64,000 bases of DNA, taken from Marsupella aquatica. Taxonomy: Eukaryota; Plantae; Marchantiophyta. Location of the stretch: contig OZ316892.1 of NCBI GenBank assembly GCA_973895155.1, positions 8,291,251 to 8,355,250 on the forward strand. Reading direction: 5' to 3'. Shown here in pieces: positions 49,201 through 61,761 of the stretch. The notes under the pieces were generated by a model. That model saw only the letters and a list, made by a program, of their open reading frames with translations. It did no database searches and had not been told where the DNA came from. How positions within the stretch are numbered: position 1 is the stretch's first letter; every line of letters starts with the position of its first letter. A program made the position numbers and the translations under genes.

Positions 49201-50799
49201 CTGCCGAAACAGCAGCCAAGTCGCGTTCAATCTCTCAAGGGAGCTTGCGTTGGGGAGGCAAGGCCAAGTAGGCATGGAGGTTGAGTTCCAAGGGCACTTG
49301 GCCCCTAGACCGTTAGTTGGGCGAGAACCGGGAGTTGGTTGCTAGAGTCTGGGCCATTCTAGTCCCGGCGTGTTGGGACAAGCTTTAGGACAAGCGGCGC
49401 TATTTGGGCCATGAGCATGTCCTGGGGGCAAGGCGGTCAGTTGGTGATGGATAGGTACGAGGGGGAACCCGGGCTGCGCCCAAGGAAGGAGCTGTTCTGG
49501 ATGAATAGTGAGTGTCCGTTTTGGTTCTGGCTTATAGCATCGAGAGGACCTATCGCTGACTTACTTACCAAATGTCTGTTCAGCTTGAGTTAGGAGGCTA
49601 GACTTGGGAGATCTAGATCCTGAAGGGTTACTTACCGGGACGCTTGGTTGCTTATGTAGACTGTGAGGACCATTGAGTAACGGTTGTGTTGGAGAGCAAG
49701 TGCGGCTTTGTATGGGAGGGGCCGCTGGCGATGCAAGGGGCACAAGGTTGCTTGCTCAAGGTATTCCGTGGAGGTGCTCGGGCACTAGGGGCACTTAGGC
49801 GCGGGTACTAAGATTGGTGAGGGCGCTGGGTGGCAAGGTCCTGGACCAATGATACTCTTTATGCATTGTTAAGAGAACATTATTACTATCAAAGGTTGGT
49901 TGTTTGCTAAAATTTAGCTACACTTAATAAGTAGATAATAAAAGTTCTTTCATGCATATCTTGGGACCTTTTTAAGTGAGCATAACCCCACCCAAGCAGT
50001 CAAGATTAGTGCAAGTGTATGAAAGAACTCTTTATATCAGATTCTCATAATTACAAAAGTCCTCACTAGGTTTGCACTTACCATTAATACTTCCCATGTT
50101 GTTAATCTATTTGCACTTACCATTAATACTTCCCATGTTGTTAATCTATTTGCACTTATCGATTAAATTATGTTCGATAACTGCAAGAAGATGGCTTACG
50201 GAGCACTTGCACTTACCGAGGTTTCACAGTTAAACTTGGAATCTTCGACCGGCACGACCATAGAGCCTCCACTTCTCAGTCAGCGAGAGGACCAACCCTC
50301 GCAGATGCGTGCTGAAGATTCAAAGGATTCTGTATCGCCATAGACCGCGCCTAAGGATTACGATTCTCGTTCTCCTCAGCACGAAGGAGAGACGACGAAG
50401 AGGAGCTCGAGCTCTTTGGCCACATCCCGTTGCGCTATCCTCTTGTCCTGATCGGAGCTCAGACGTTAAAATTGCTGTTGTGAAGAAGACACTGCGGGAG
50501 AGATTCCTACCCTGTGAGTAGATATCGGTTTTTTTTTGCAAGGGTTGCGACATGGCGCCACATGTTTACAATTTCTCGTATTCTCCGTGGACACCCACTG
50601 ATTTTGTCAATGCTCGAGTAGGTTTAAGTAGCGCTGCGGCCCGAGTTCGTCTGCGTCTCTCGTGACATGCGGACTGATTTGATTGAATTAATTTTCCCTG
50701 GCAGAGAAACGAAATTGATTTGTAATTGCTCTTGTGAATAAATTGCGCGAGCGATTCCCTACGCTGTGAGTTCAGTCGAACTGTTTTCTCCCGGTTGGT

Positions 50800-51461
50800 C
50801 CCGGTCTAATCTGACGGGCAAGTTGACATCTGACGAGCAAGTTGACATCTGACGAGCAAGTTGACGGCTTGCCGGGCACGTCAAACTGTCAAATGACGAC
50901 TTGAAAACGACCAATTTAACAGATATTCCACAATATTCTCCCGAACTCACCCGGACTCCCCCGGACCCTTCCCGGACTCCTCCCGAACTCACCCGAACCC
51001 TTCCCGGACTCCCCCAGGCCCGAACCCGGACTCCCCCGGACCCCAGTTCGGGGTGGCAGCCAGCCGGGGCCGGGTCTGGGGTCGGGGCTGGGGGAAGGAG
51101 GGTGGGGTTTAGAGTCCCGGACTCCCCCGGACCCTTCCCGAACTCCCCCGAACTCCCCCGACCCTCCCCCGAAACTCCCCCGACCCTCCCCCGAACTCCC
51201 CCGACCTACCCTGAACTCCCGGTCCCCCGAACCTCGCCCGAACTCCCCCGAACCCGGCCCAGACTCCCCCTCACCCGAACTCCCCCTCGCCCAAACTCCC
51301 CCGAACTCCCCCGACCTCCCCCGACCTCCCCCAAACCTCGCCCGAACCCGGCCCGAATGTCTCCCGAACTTGTCCCGGCCCGGACTGCTCCCGAACCCGG
51401 GTGCCGGGTTGCCGATTTGCCGATGATTTTCGGCCAGTTTGACGGGCAAGGTCAAACCTGG
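50800..51461. mobile_element. Non-autonomous TIR element (hAT-like), 662 bp, 8-bp TSD, with an internal CCGAACTCCC-type minisatellite
   Basis: cggttggt is duplicated at 50792-50799 and 51462-51469. The paralogous site at 60941 has a single ctgttggt. Imperfect TIRs: CCCGGTCTAATCT versus reverse-complemented CCAGGTTTGACCT. Confidence 0.78.
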
Positions 51462-51624
51462 CGGTTGGTTGAGAAGTGGCTTGCTTTTATGAGGAGTTAT
51501 TTTCACGCTTTATTATTTTGTGTAGTGCTGCGCCAGTTCTTCTGCCTCTCTCGTGATATGCGAAATGATTTGATTCAATCAGCTTACCATATTTTTTGCT
51601 GATCGGTGATAAATCCATGGGCTG

Positions 51625-52163
51625 TAATTCAAAAATATTTTGAAGGTGCTATATGGTGAATGCACATTTCAGATTTTGTCTTATTCATATTTTTGTGTCA
51701 TATATTTTCATTTCAATCTACCTTATCAAGGGGTAGTCTTTGTATTCTAAACATTTTTAATTAATTTTTAGATCCCTTTAGTTTTAGGTATTCTAGAGTG
51801 TTTTGAACTTATTTTGGGAGCCCCCTTTATGTGTTTTCTTAGAGATGAAACCAAAGGCTCCACCACCACGAGTGAGAGAAGTGATGTTCAAAAACATGAA
51901 TGCATAGCCTCTTGAGTTCTCTTCATGTTTTTCTTTCCTAGGTTTATGGTTTTTATTGAAAGGAGTGTCATTCATAAGGCACCCTGAGTTAAGTGCACAC
52001 ATTGTAGCATTGTTTGACTATACCTTTTCTTGGTCAGTGTGCTTTTCTTGGCAGACATTTTACTTATATAACAGCACTTCTATACTCTCATATTTTATTT
52101 ACTTTCAGATCATTACAAGACAAAAAAATAAAGCATGTTCTAGGATGAGTATGCTATATGAGC
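51625..52163. repeat. ~530 bp AT-rich dispersed element; inverted copy at ~58943-59470
   Basis: The reverse complement matches 59043-59470 (taagtaaaatgtctgccaagaaaa.cacactgaccaa; aaaataagttcaaaa.actctagaat; aataagacaaaatctgaaa). Each copy is absent from the paralogous site in the other duplicate. Confidence 0.75.
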
Positions 52164-53108
52164 TTATTGGATAATTCATGGCGTACTTGATAAATGGCAT
52201 CACGAGTTGCCTGTTTCTGATTTCGCTGTGCTGTCCCTATTTTTGGCACCATAGGTTTCTGTCGTGCTAGTCATGCTATGGATTTAATCGACTTATCGTA
52301 CATGTTTTCTGTTGATAAATAGTCCGTGCTGCCTCAGATTTGGCGATGTCAAGTCACTACTAAGACTTGATTTTACTTTTTTATTTTAATCTTTCTTTAG
52401 TTTTCTAGTAGTAATTTAGATTTTATGCTACTTTCTATTAATTACTATCATTCTCTAATTGTGCAACTGCAAACAGTGGGTGCTAGCCCTCCTCTTCTAC
52501 TCATGACTGGGATAGGGGAGTATACTCCTTGGTACTCGTGCAATTTTTGCAAAGATTTCCCCATTTCCCTTGTCTTTTTGCATAGCTCTCCCCTTTCTCG
52601 TTCCATCTTTACCTCCCCTGTTTTCTTCCCTCCTTTGTTGCCTCCCCTTTTGCTTCCCTCTTTCTTTGGCACAAGAAACACTATATATTTGTAAGATGAC
52701 CACTCACTGTAAAAAGTGATGGCACAAGAAACACTATAATTACCTTGGCTGTAATACGGTAACAAGGGGTGTCAAACTTACACAGGGTAGCGGACAACTT
52801 GAGACAGTTGAAGTAAAGCAAGATAGTCCCATCTATATATCTAATAAACTGGGATCACAAATTTTGGAAAAGACTCCTCACGGGGTCCATAAAGAACATC
52901 CCAAAATGCATGGTATCTAAAAGATTTTAGGAGTATATGGTAACTAGTAGATAAATTAGGAAAATGAAAGGTATGAGGATCACCCAAGAGAAAGTCAGTG
53001 TTTCAAGAAAGTAATTAAAGCACCTTGTCTTGCAGTATTTGGCTCAAAAAGATTATGATATTAAAAAGAAAAATTAGTCGGTGCTTTTTAGATTAATTTG
53101 GGGATGAG

Positions 53109-53133
53109 TTTAGGGTTTAGGGTTTAGGGTTTA
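53109..53133. repeat. Interstitial plant telomeric repeat (TTTAGGG)3
   Basis: tttagggtttagggtttagggttta. Confidence 0.8.
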
Positions 53134-54018
53134 CTGACTACCTTGAACCAAGAATAAACTACTTTTGGGGTGACTTGGTACCTGTGTACTCTTCTCATTG
53201 CTCGTGGACTTACAGAGTGCTGAACTCACTTTAAAAAGCCCTCCCTACATTGTCATTTTTCTAGGGGGTGACTTGGTACCTGTGTACTCTTCTCATTGCT
53301 CGTGGACTTACAGAGTGCTGACAGACCCCACTTTTAAAAGCCCTCCCTACATTGTCATTTTTCTAGGAAACAACTATCTAGCCTCTAAAAGATTGTGAAT
53401 GACTTTCAACAAGGTGGCGGGCCTTTCATGTACTTCTAACATAATGAATTTAGTTAGTTACACCTAAGCCACTTAAAACTATAAACTTAAGAAACAAAAT
53501 TGTGACTAGAATTTGAAAGGGCAGGTTTGACGTTACTTTGCAGCCTGAGGTATCCCTCATGAGGTAAAGACCACTCAATACCACTTGAATACAACGATGA
53601 AAATTACATAATTTAATAACGGAGGGATCACATTGAAAAACAAATATAGAGCTAAAGAAAGCGGCTGTGGAGAAGAAAGTAAAAACATTAAAAGCCTGTA
53701 TGACAATTTCAAAGTCCAATAATACCAAAGATGTACCTTTATTAGGCAAATGAAACTAAAATCCCAATAAGAAAATTTTCAAATTTACAAAATTCAAAAA
53801 TATAAAAGCTGTGCTTCTCCAAGGCAAATTAAACAAAATTCAAGACAAGTAATCTGAGCAGCCACCTGGCAAAATACAAGAGTCTCAGATTAGGAAAACC
53901 TACACCAGATACAGGTTAAACCTCTTCAATATATACGGTACACTTCGTTCATCAAGCTTTTGGTGACGAAAGGATCATCACTTCAATAGTTACACTCTTA
54001 TCGATCCTTCTTGTCTTT

Positions 54019-55509
54019 TCATGAGAAGGTCAATCGCCTCTGAAAACAGACGATTGGGCCCGCAGAAACTACGTGAGCTGGGCTTCGTTTCATTCTCCGG
54101 AATACTGCAGTATGCAAGGTGATCTTTGCATCCCACTCTAGATGTTCCTGCAGCTGTATGTCAGCGCTTGGGTGTAGCTCCCATGAGGCTTCTACTAAGA
54201 ACGATGCTGGGTGAATGTGCATATGATCTGGACTTATCCCCAGCAGTGGTCTAGAGCGCCACATAGCTGTATTGAGTTGAAGTCTCCTGCCATTGAGATA
54301 TCTGTACAGTTCCCACTTCCATGAAACTGAGTTGGTGGCATCATCGCCCCGAGCAGGACTCCATCCATATGCAGGGGCACTTCGGGAAACTGTTTTGCCA
54401 ATTTGGTACGACACAGAAGCTCGCCAAGGACAGAATAGAGGGATGTGAACGTTAAGGGCGGGATTTCGTTGCAGCTCAAAGATCTCAGGTGTATGGTGGG
54501 GCTGTAGCAATCGACGGTGGCAAGTACTGAGGGCTTTATGCTTTGGGCACACTTCAATGAATATCTTGTAAATAAACACTATTTCGCAAGTGTTGTCACA
54601 TGATTGATTCTGAGCAGCGCAGTTTCGCTTGCAACAATTTTTCACACCAAAGTCCACTTGCTCCAGGCTCAGTTTCAGTGTTGTGGTCTCGGGGCTCCTG
54701 CTTGAACACACATTCATAAGCACAATCACTAGAGTTTCATTCAAATATTTGGGGAATCGGACAGCATGTGTCACGGCATCTGCGAGGGCATTATAATATA
54801 ACTTGGATAGAGAAGCAGCACCCTGAGCTACGCCGACCCCGATACAAGTGTAGAATTGAAACGAGATTCAGCACATTCAAGTAAAAACCAAGGAAGAGCA
54901 AGAAGGAACCTGTTAGGCAGAACATACTAAAAAGTTAGAAAGAACCCTGTGGGCAAAACATATTTACTATATATGAGACTGCCAAAGAACCAAAGCGCCT
55001 TGGCCCTGCTATATTAGGCAATATATATATAAAAGATATCAAACTAGTTACTAGTAACGTACAAAACGCCTCGGCCCTACTAAGGATAGTGAATGCCTAG
55101 TGCATGCCTAGTTACTAATAACAAAAGCGTCGGCGGATAGTGATGCCTAGTAGTGGTGTGAACCTAACAGCAGTGGAAAGTCAAGCGAGAGTAGAAATTA
55201 AAGTAAACAAGAAGGTAACGAAGCTGTTCGGAAGAACCCGCTAAAACAAATTCAGGGCAGGCAGCACCCGGTAAAACTATAGCATCACAGGAACCGGGTC
55301 ACTGACCTTGTGCAAGCTAGTCGGTAAAAGAGGTCGGCGAAAGGTTCTCGTTTTGCTCCCGCCAAGTGGAAAGAGATGCCACTGCAGGTTAATTTTTGGA
55401 GCAGCCAGTTTCGGGTCTGTTCACGAGCCCCCTCTATTTGGACGCACATCGACTCTGCGCTCGCTCTGTGAGCCCTGGTTTCGGCGACGTCATCTGATAC
55501 AGCTACCAT
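54019..55509 (-). CDS. Unknown two-exon ~293 aa Cys/His/Trp-rich protein, paralogue 3 of 3
   Basis: Exon 1 55509-55307 and exon 2 54697-54019 join in frame (ACT R|SPETTTLKLSLEQVDFGV). The ORF is intact and closely similar to paralogue 1. Confidence 0.8.
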
Positions 55510-55627
55510 GGAGTGTCAATCGTACCCAGTCACGAGGTTGACATCGAACATTCTGAGAGATCTGTACAAATCAGATCTCTAGCTATTATACCATCAAACT
55601 GGACCCGAACAGCGATACCTGAGTGAG

Positions 55628-56026
55628 CTAATTTCGATATTCCGTAGCTACTTTGAATGGAGTCAACCCACTCATGTTATCCAACGGGCACCCCCAGGAG
55701 CTTACAGACCGTGATCCAACCACGTTTATTGAGCTAAGGAGAACGTAAAAAGTACCTGCAGGCAGAGCCTCCGGCATGAGAACAAGGGGAGCTTCAGAGG
55801 AGGGAGGTTGACTTGAATCGTCGTTCACGTTAGCACCAGCTGTCGCCATCGCCACTGCCACCACAAACCCAATGCACACAAAAACGGTCGCTGCAACCAC
55901 AAAGGCAGCGTACAGGCGGGCCAAATCGTCGTCCATGTTTTCAAGCATGCTGTGATCCACCGCGGAAGACGACGAGTGACGGGAATCTGAGTAATCACCA
56001 ACGGAAATTCGACTGACCTTAGACAT
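55628..56026 (-). CDS. Small single-transmembrane ORF, copy 2, upstream of paralogue 3
   Basis: MDDDLARLYAAFVVAATVFVCIGFVVAVAMATAG..SSEAPLVLMPEALPAG is conserved with 22058-22303. Confidence 0.4.
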   Translation of the reverse strand: MSKVSRISVGDYSDSRHSSSSAVDHSMLENMDDDLARLYAAFVVAATVFVCIGFVVAVAMATAGANVNDDSSQPPSSEAPLVLMPEALPAGTFYVLLSSINVVGSRSVSSWGCPLDNMSGLTPFKVATEYRN

Positions 56027-56814
56027 AGGACTGAGAAATGGTGGCCGCCAGAGTCAGGCCTAATTGTCTAACCAGCTGATCAATGCGCCAGACTTGCCTG
56101 ATCGATCACTCACATTCTGAAAGTTGAGATTGAAATCAATCATTTGACTAGGTGAATGCCACGAGCAAAAGTACCTGGACTGCACCGAAATGGTGAGGAT
56201 CCAGATTGGTGAGGGCATGCGGTGCCCGCCAAGTCGTCTCAGTTCTCGGGTGCCTCGGTTCGCCTCCGAGCCAACTGCAAATCACTAGCTCCTCTGCTGG
56301 AACAGATGCGTACACCTTCGTTGTCCGCGCGACACAGTTGAATTAAGTGGCTGCCCAAGCGTGGTACAAGAGCCTCCGAGGGACCCTCTTTCTCTCCCTC
56401 CGCTTCCCGAATTCGATGAATTCCTTCTCCTCCGAAAGAGTCTTCTCCCCGAATTCGAGTATTCCTTCTCGTTCTCCTCCGAGGGAAGAGTCTTGTCCTC
56501 CCCTCCCGGAAGAGTCTCGTCCTCCCTTCAGTCTCGTCCTCCCCATAAAGTTGTGCGTTGCTCGCCCAACATCCCACTCTTCACAAGCTAGAGCCATAAA
56601 GTTGTGCATTGTACGCGCTTTGCACAGCTTAGAATTATAAATCTGCAACCACAAGCTAGAGTTGGGGCCTAGAAGACCACAAGCGGGAGTTAGGGACTAG
56701 GCTTCTAGAATGTCAACCAATAAGTCAATTCGTCATTGAGCGGGTGTTAGGGACTAGGCTTCCCTATGTCTTGTCCTCCCCTCCCGGATCAGTCATTCGT
56801 CATTCATGACGACT

Positions 56815-57594
56815 GAATGACTACTTTTTTGTTATGATTTTTATTTATACTAAAAACTTAGCTCTATGGCCCCACCATATTATATGCGGAGTACTATGAT
56901 GTGTTATGTCTAATTATTAAAATAATGATATGCATGATAAATTTTTTATCATTTCATGAACCTTCAAAATATGTGAAATATGTGAATAAAGAATATATTT
57001 TGGTGATATTTTTATTGTCCTTCCTGTTATTCATGTTCAAAGAACGGATAGTCGGGGTTAGTGTAATAAACTCACAAGAACGGATAGTCGGGGTTAGTGT
57101 AATAAACTCACAAGAGCGTACTCTTCACAAGCTAGGGTCTAGAATGAAGACTCTAGATTGTATTTTTATGGTCAAAGCTCGAAGTGCAGCCATCAAGTTG
57201 TAAACTCACAAGAGCCTACTCTTCACAAGCTAGGGTCTAGAATGAAACCTCTAGATTGTAATTCTATGGTCATCATGTGCATGGGAAAAACTTATGACAT
57301 GACTATGATTTATGTACATGTTAGTTGTTTTATGTGATAATTTCTAAATATTTACATTAAAAAATATAGGTAATATGACCCCACCATAACATATGTACAT
57401 AGAACATGGATGTGCATACAAAAAGCTTGATGTGCACATATTAAGGAGAATGACATATTATATATGACTATTAAAATGATGGAGTTTTTTATCATTTCAT
57501 TAATCTTCAAAGAATATAAATAGAGAATATATTTTGATAATTATTTTACTGTCTTCTCTGCTATTCATGTTCAAAGAACGGGTAGTGGGGCTAG
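56815..57594 (+). mobile_element. AT-rich Helitron-like 3' ends (two related copies)
   Basis: ttcatgttcaaagaacgg.tagt.ggg(c/t)tag|t at ~57030-57062 and 57564-57595 resembles the GGGGCTAG|t end of the 42649-43125 element. The 5' end is not defined. Confidence 0.5.
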
Positions 57595-58809
57595 TAACAT
57601 TAAACTAAAAAGTAGGAAGAAAGGGTATAGGTGTGTAACTTTTTCTACTAGCTAGGGTGTCAACCATTTCTATAACCTTGTTAACTTTTTCTACTAGCTA
57701 GGGTGTCAACCATTTCTATAACCTTGCGCCGAGACGATAGGTATTACCTATGATAATGATTGTTTGAGTTGGGGTTAGTATCTAAAAAAAAGTCAGGGCT
57801 GTAGCTTATCACCATTTACGCACTTTCTGGTCATAGGGTTTTCAGACCAGTAACCCATCCATCATTACCCTATATGTCCGTCCAACCTTACCATCCTCCG
57901 TGGCCCCATATAGCATTTGACACCTACCTGTAGACCTCTCCTGCGCCCCACTCACCTGTTGTTTGTTACTAGTAACTAATGTAAATGTTGGACGGGACTT
58001 CTTGGCTGTCCTACTTCTTTCGTGTTCTAGGGCCTTCTCCCTCCCTGTATTGGGTTGCTTTGCTTTTGGACCATGGTCTCTGGGTATGGTATTTTTATTT
58101 TGTTTTATTTTTATTTTTGTGTATGACATTTTTTGTCCTTTAGCAGTGTGACATATATAATAAGTCTCCTTGATAAATCTAGGACGACTTGCAGACTAGT
58201 ATCTACTGGAATAGTTATGGGATTACTCACATTATTTTAAAACACATCAGCCTTCGGATGATAGGGGTAGTTTGCCAATGCCAAATTAGTTAGAGACCCC
58301 TGTTTATGTAAGCTGACTCATCCAACTTTGGATGATAGGGGGTAGTAGGCCAATGCCAAATTAGTTCAGGGACCCCTTTTTATGTCAGCTGTTATTCAAC
58401 TTGTTCAGTGAAGACAAGGACCTCGGACACATTCATGACAGTAGTCTAAGTATACATAATGTTCCCTTGGTATATCTATTTCCATACATTCCATGTCACA
58501 TTCCACACAATTTACTCAAAATGTTACTCTATCCATAGTAGTCAATTGGGTTCTTACTTTTCCTTGATATTCCTCTGTCCACAATAAGTAGTCAAATGAT
58601 TTCTTGCATTCCCTTGGTATATGTTACATTAGCTAACAAATTTTGTTTTACCCATGATAATTTCACAAATTTTCCAATGAAATAAAGATATTCAAATAAT
58701 TTACTGGAAAACATTGATATATCAATCACAATGCATTCAAGCCTTTTTCTTTTTTACCCCTTTTCTACCTCACTTTTAATTTTTTTTTACAATTACAAGT
58801 TTCACTGTT

Positions 58810-61342
58810 TTCTAACCTAGTACTTGGTTCAGGCAATACTTGGTTCAGGCAATACTTGGTTCAGGCAACCGGTGGGCAGCTATCTCCCTAATCCCACAAA
58901 CACATCAATATAATCTGTTACTTGACAAATGACGGCAGACCTTGCTCATATAGCATGCTTATCTTGGAACATGCTCCATTTTTTGTCTTGGAGTGATCTG
59001 AAAGTAAATAAAATATGAGAACATAACTAGAAGGATAAAATAATGTAAGTAAAATGTCTGCCAAGAAAATCACACTGACCAATGAAAAGTACAATCAAGG
59101 ATGCTACCATGTCTACACTTAATTCAATGTCCTCATGAATGACACTCATTTCAATAAAAACCATAAACTTAAGAAAGAAAGACATAATGGAAACTTAAGA
59201 CACAATCAGAACCATTTCTCTCACTCACGAGAATACTTTGTTCAAGTGGTGGAGCCTTTCCTTCATCTATAAGTCACAAACATCAAAATTTATATGGGGG
59301 CTGCCAAAATAAGTTCAAAATACTCTAGAATCTTAAAATTAAAGGGGTCCATAAATTAAATAAAAATGTATATTATACACAGGCTGCCCCTTGATAATGC
59401 ACATTGAAATAAAAATATATGACACCAAAACTTTGAATAAGACAAAATCTGAAAGTTGCATTCACCATATTGACAAGTGACAGCAGACATTGCTGACAAG
59501 CATAGTTCAATGCAACAAAAATGTTACAAATTATGGATGTCAAGCATATGGCTTCACTTGACACAAGTAGAAGTGGACTATCAAAAATTTATGTTCCCAG
59601 ATGAGTTCCAACAGATGGCTTTTTGCTGCCATTACTGTCGGTCACCGTAGAGGCTAGTGGCAATGTATGAATTGTTAAGAGAACATTACTAGTATCAAAG
59701 GTTGGTTGTTGCTCAAAATTACATACACTTTAGTAGTTAAACGTCTTTTATGAATATCTTTGGACCTTTTAAGTGAGCCTGACCTGGGCCAAGGCAGTCA
59801 ACTGGCAATAAAAGGTCACAATAATCGGAGGGGCCTTCTTGTCTCAGCTGTCTCATCTCATATCAACACTATTGTGAGACCTAGTAAGTGGATCGTTGGT
59901 AAGACATATCATGTGGCAAGTGAGTGCAAGCATTTTTGTGACAAAAACGTTCACACTTACGTTGAAGCTTCCCTCTATATTTCCTTACTCCGATTATCTT
60001 CCGTGAGTAAGACAATTTTTCAATTTGATAGACAACTAAATGTAATAACTTTAAATAAATGAAGGAATTTTTTCTCGATAATTGCAACTTTGAAATTGCA
60101 GGTACCAGTTAGTGCAACCACTTGAATTGCCACACTTTGTATTGCACTTATGGAGGCTGTAGTTTGTTGATAAGTGCAAGTATATGAACACTTATCAGAT
60201 TGTCATAATTGCAAAGTACTTACTAGTAGGTATGCACTTACCAAAACTTGCCATGTGGTTAGTCTATTTGCACTTATGGATCAAATTGTGTTCGATAAGT
60301 GCAAGAAGATGGCTTACGGTGCTCTTGCACTTACTGAGGTTTCACAGTTAAACACGGAATCTTCGACCGGCAGCAGGCGGTCGCGAAGCAGCGGATCATC
60401 CACGACCATACAGGAGCCTCCACGTCTCAGTCAGCGAGAGGACCAACCCTCGCCAATGAGTGCTCAAGATTCAAAGGATTCTGTATCGCCATAGACCGCG
60501 CCTAAGGATTACGATTCTCGTTCTTTCAGCTGGAACGAGAAATCGAGGAAGAGGAGCTCGAGCTCTTTGGCCACATCCCGTTTGCGCTATCCTCTTGTCC
60601 TGATCGAAGCTCCGACGTTGGAATTGGTGCTGTGAAGAAGACACTGCGGGTAAGCTGTGAGTCCATATCCGGTTATTTTTCCAAGGGTTTGGTTGCGAAA
60701 TGGCGCCACATCATTCCAATTTCTCGTATTCTTTGTGGACACCCACTGATTTTGTCAATGCTCGAGTAGGTTTGTGTAGCGTGCGGCCCGAGTTCTTCTG
60801 CGTCTCTCGTGACATGCGAACTGATTTGTTTGAATTAATTTTCCCAGGCAGAGAAACAAAATTGATTTGGAATTGCTGTTGTGAAGACACTGCGCAAGGA
60901 ATCCCCTACGCTGTGAGTTCACAGTCGAACTGTTTTCTCCCTGTTGGTTGAGAGTGGCACCACATGCTCTGGACTGTCACTCTGTGTTTGCTTGTTTTTT
61001 TAATTAGCTATTTTCATGCTTTAGTGTTTTGTGTATTGCTGCGCGAATTCTTCTGCCTCGCTCGTGATATAAGAATTGATTTGATTCAATCGGCTTACCA
61101 TAGTTTTGGCTGTTTGACGATGAATCCATGGGCTTTGTTTTCGAGTTTATTTTTAGCTTATTAGATTCTTTTTTCTGGCGTACTTCATGAATGGCATCAC
61201 ACGTTGCCTGTTTCTGATTTCGCTCGCTGTGCTGTCATTATTTTTTGGTAGCGGTAGGTTTTTTAAGTGCTATTGATTGTTTTAATTGGCTTATCATTCA
61301 TGTTTTCTGTTGATAATAAGTCTTTGCTGCCTCAGGTTTGGC
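58810..61342. repeat. Segmental duplication block B, copy 2 (upstream region of the SPP-like gene)
   Basis: See the anchors listed for 46470-52345. Confidence 0.85.
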
Positions 61343-61761
61343 TTAAATTGTTGGATTATTGCATTGCCTAGAGGTGATTTAGTTCTCCAATGTCAGTAAC
61401 GTGAGCCTAGGCTTCATCGAGGTTCTAGCTAAGCCTCGGCTACATTTTTCAATCCGTGGAAGTAATTCGAATGCCGCATTTTTGTGTCTAACGAGACAGG
61501 ACTAGTCTTCGTGAAGTCGTGACCTGGTCGTTTCAGTTTTTCACAGACCGAAGTTTACAATTCGCTGGACAGGTCTGTCAAGGGTAAGTGAAGAGGAGCG
61601 CTGCGACAAGAAGTCGGATTTTTTTCTAATGCAGCTGCAAATCGTTTCCAAGCTGGATGAGTGGTGAATTTGGTAAAGTGACGGCCAAAACCTGGTTCCA
61701 GCTGGATGGTAGATGTTTTCACGAGTTCGTGTAGGAACGGGCTCGTAGTTTGAGGGCCACA

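Larger units (their letters stand above)
46470..52345. repeat. Segmental duplication block B, copy 1 (copy 2 at ~58810-61340), interrupted by several insertions
   Basis: Matching anchors: 46470-46700 with 58810-58945 and 59470-59590; 49860-50799 with 59670-60950; 51462-51622 with 60941-61133; 52160-52345 with 61155-61342. Confidence 0.85.
53880..56310. repeat. Segmental duplication block A, copy 2
   Basis: Colinear with ~19900-22680. Confidence 0.9.

Noticed and set aside
48390-49850. GC-rich insertion resembling an LTR-retrotransposon fragment or solo LTR
   Set aside because: Could not identify TG..CA ends, a TSD, a PBS or coding motifs with confidence.
50901-51602. 233 aa Pro-rich and 196 aa Gly-rich ORFs (extensin-like)
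   Set aside because: They are translations of the minisatellite inside a TSD-flanked insertion.
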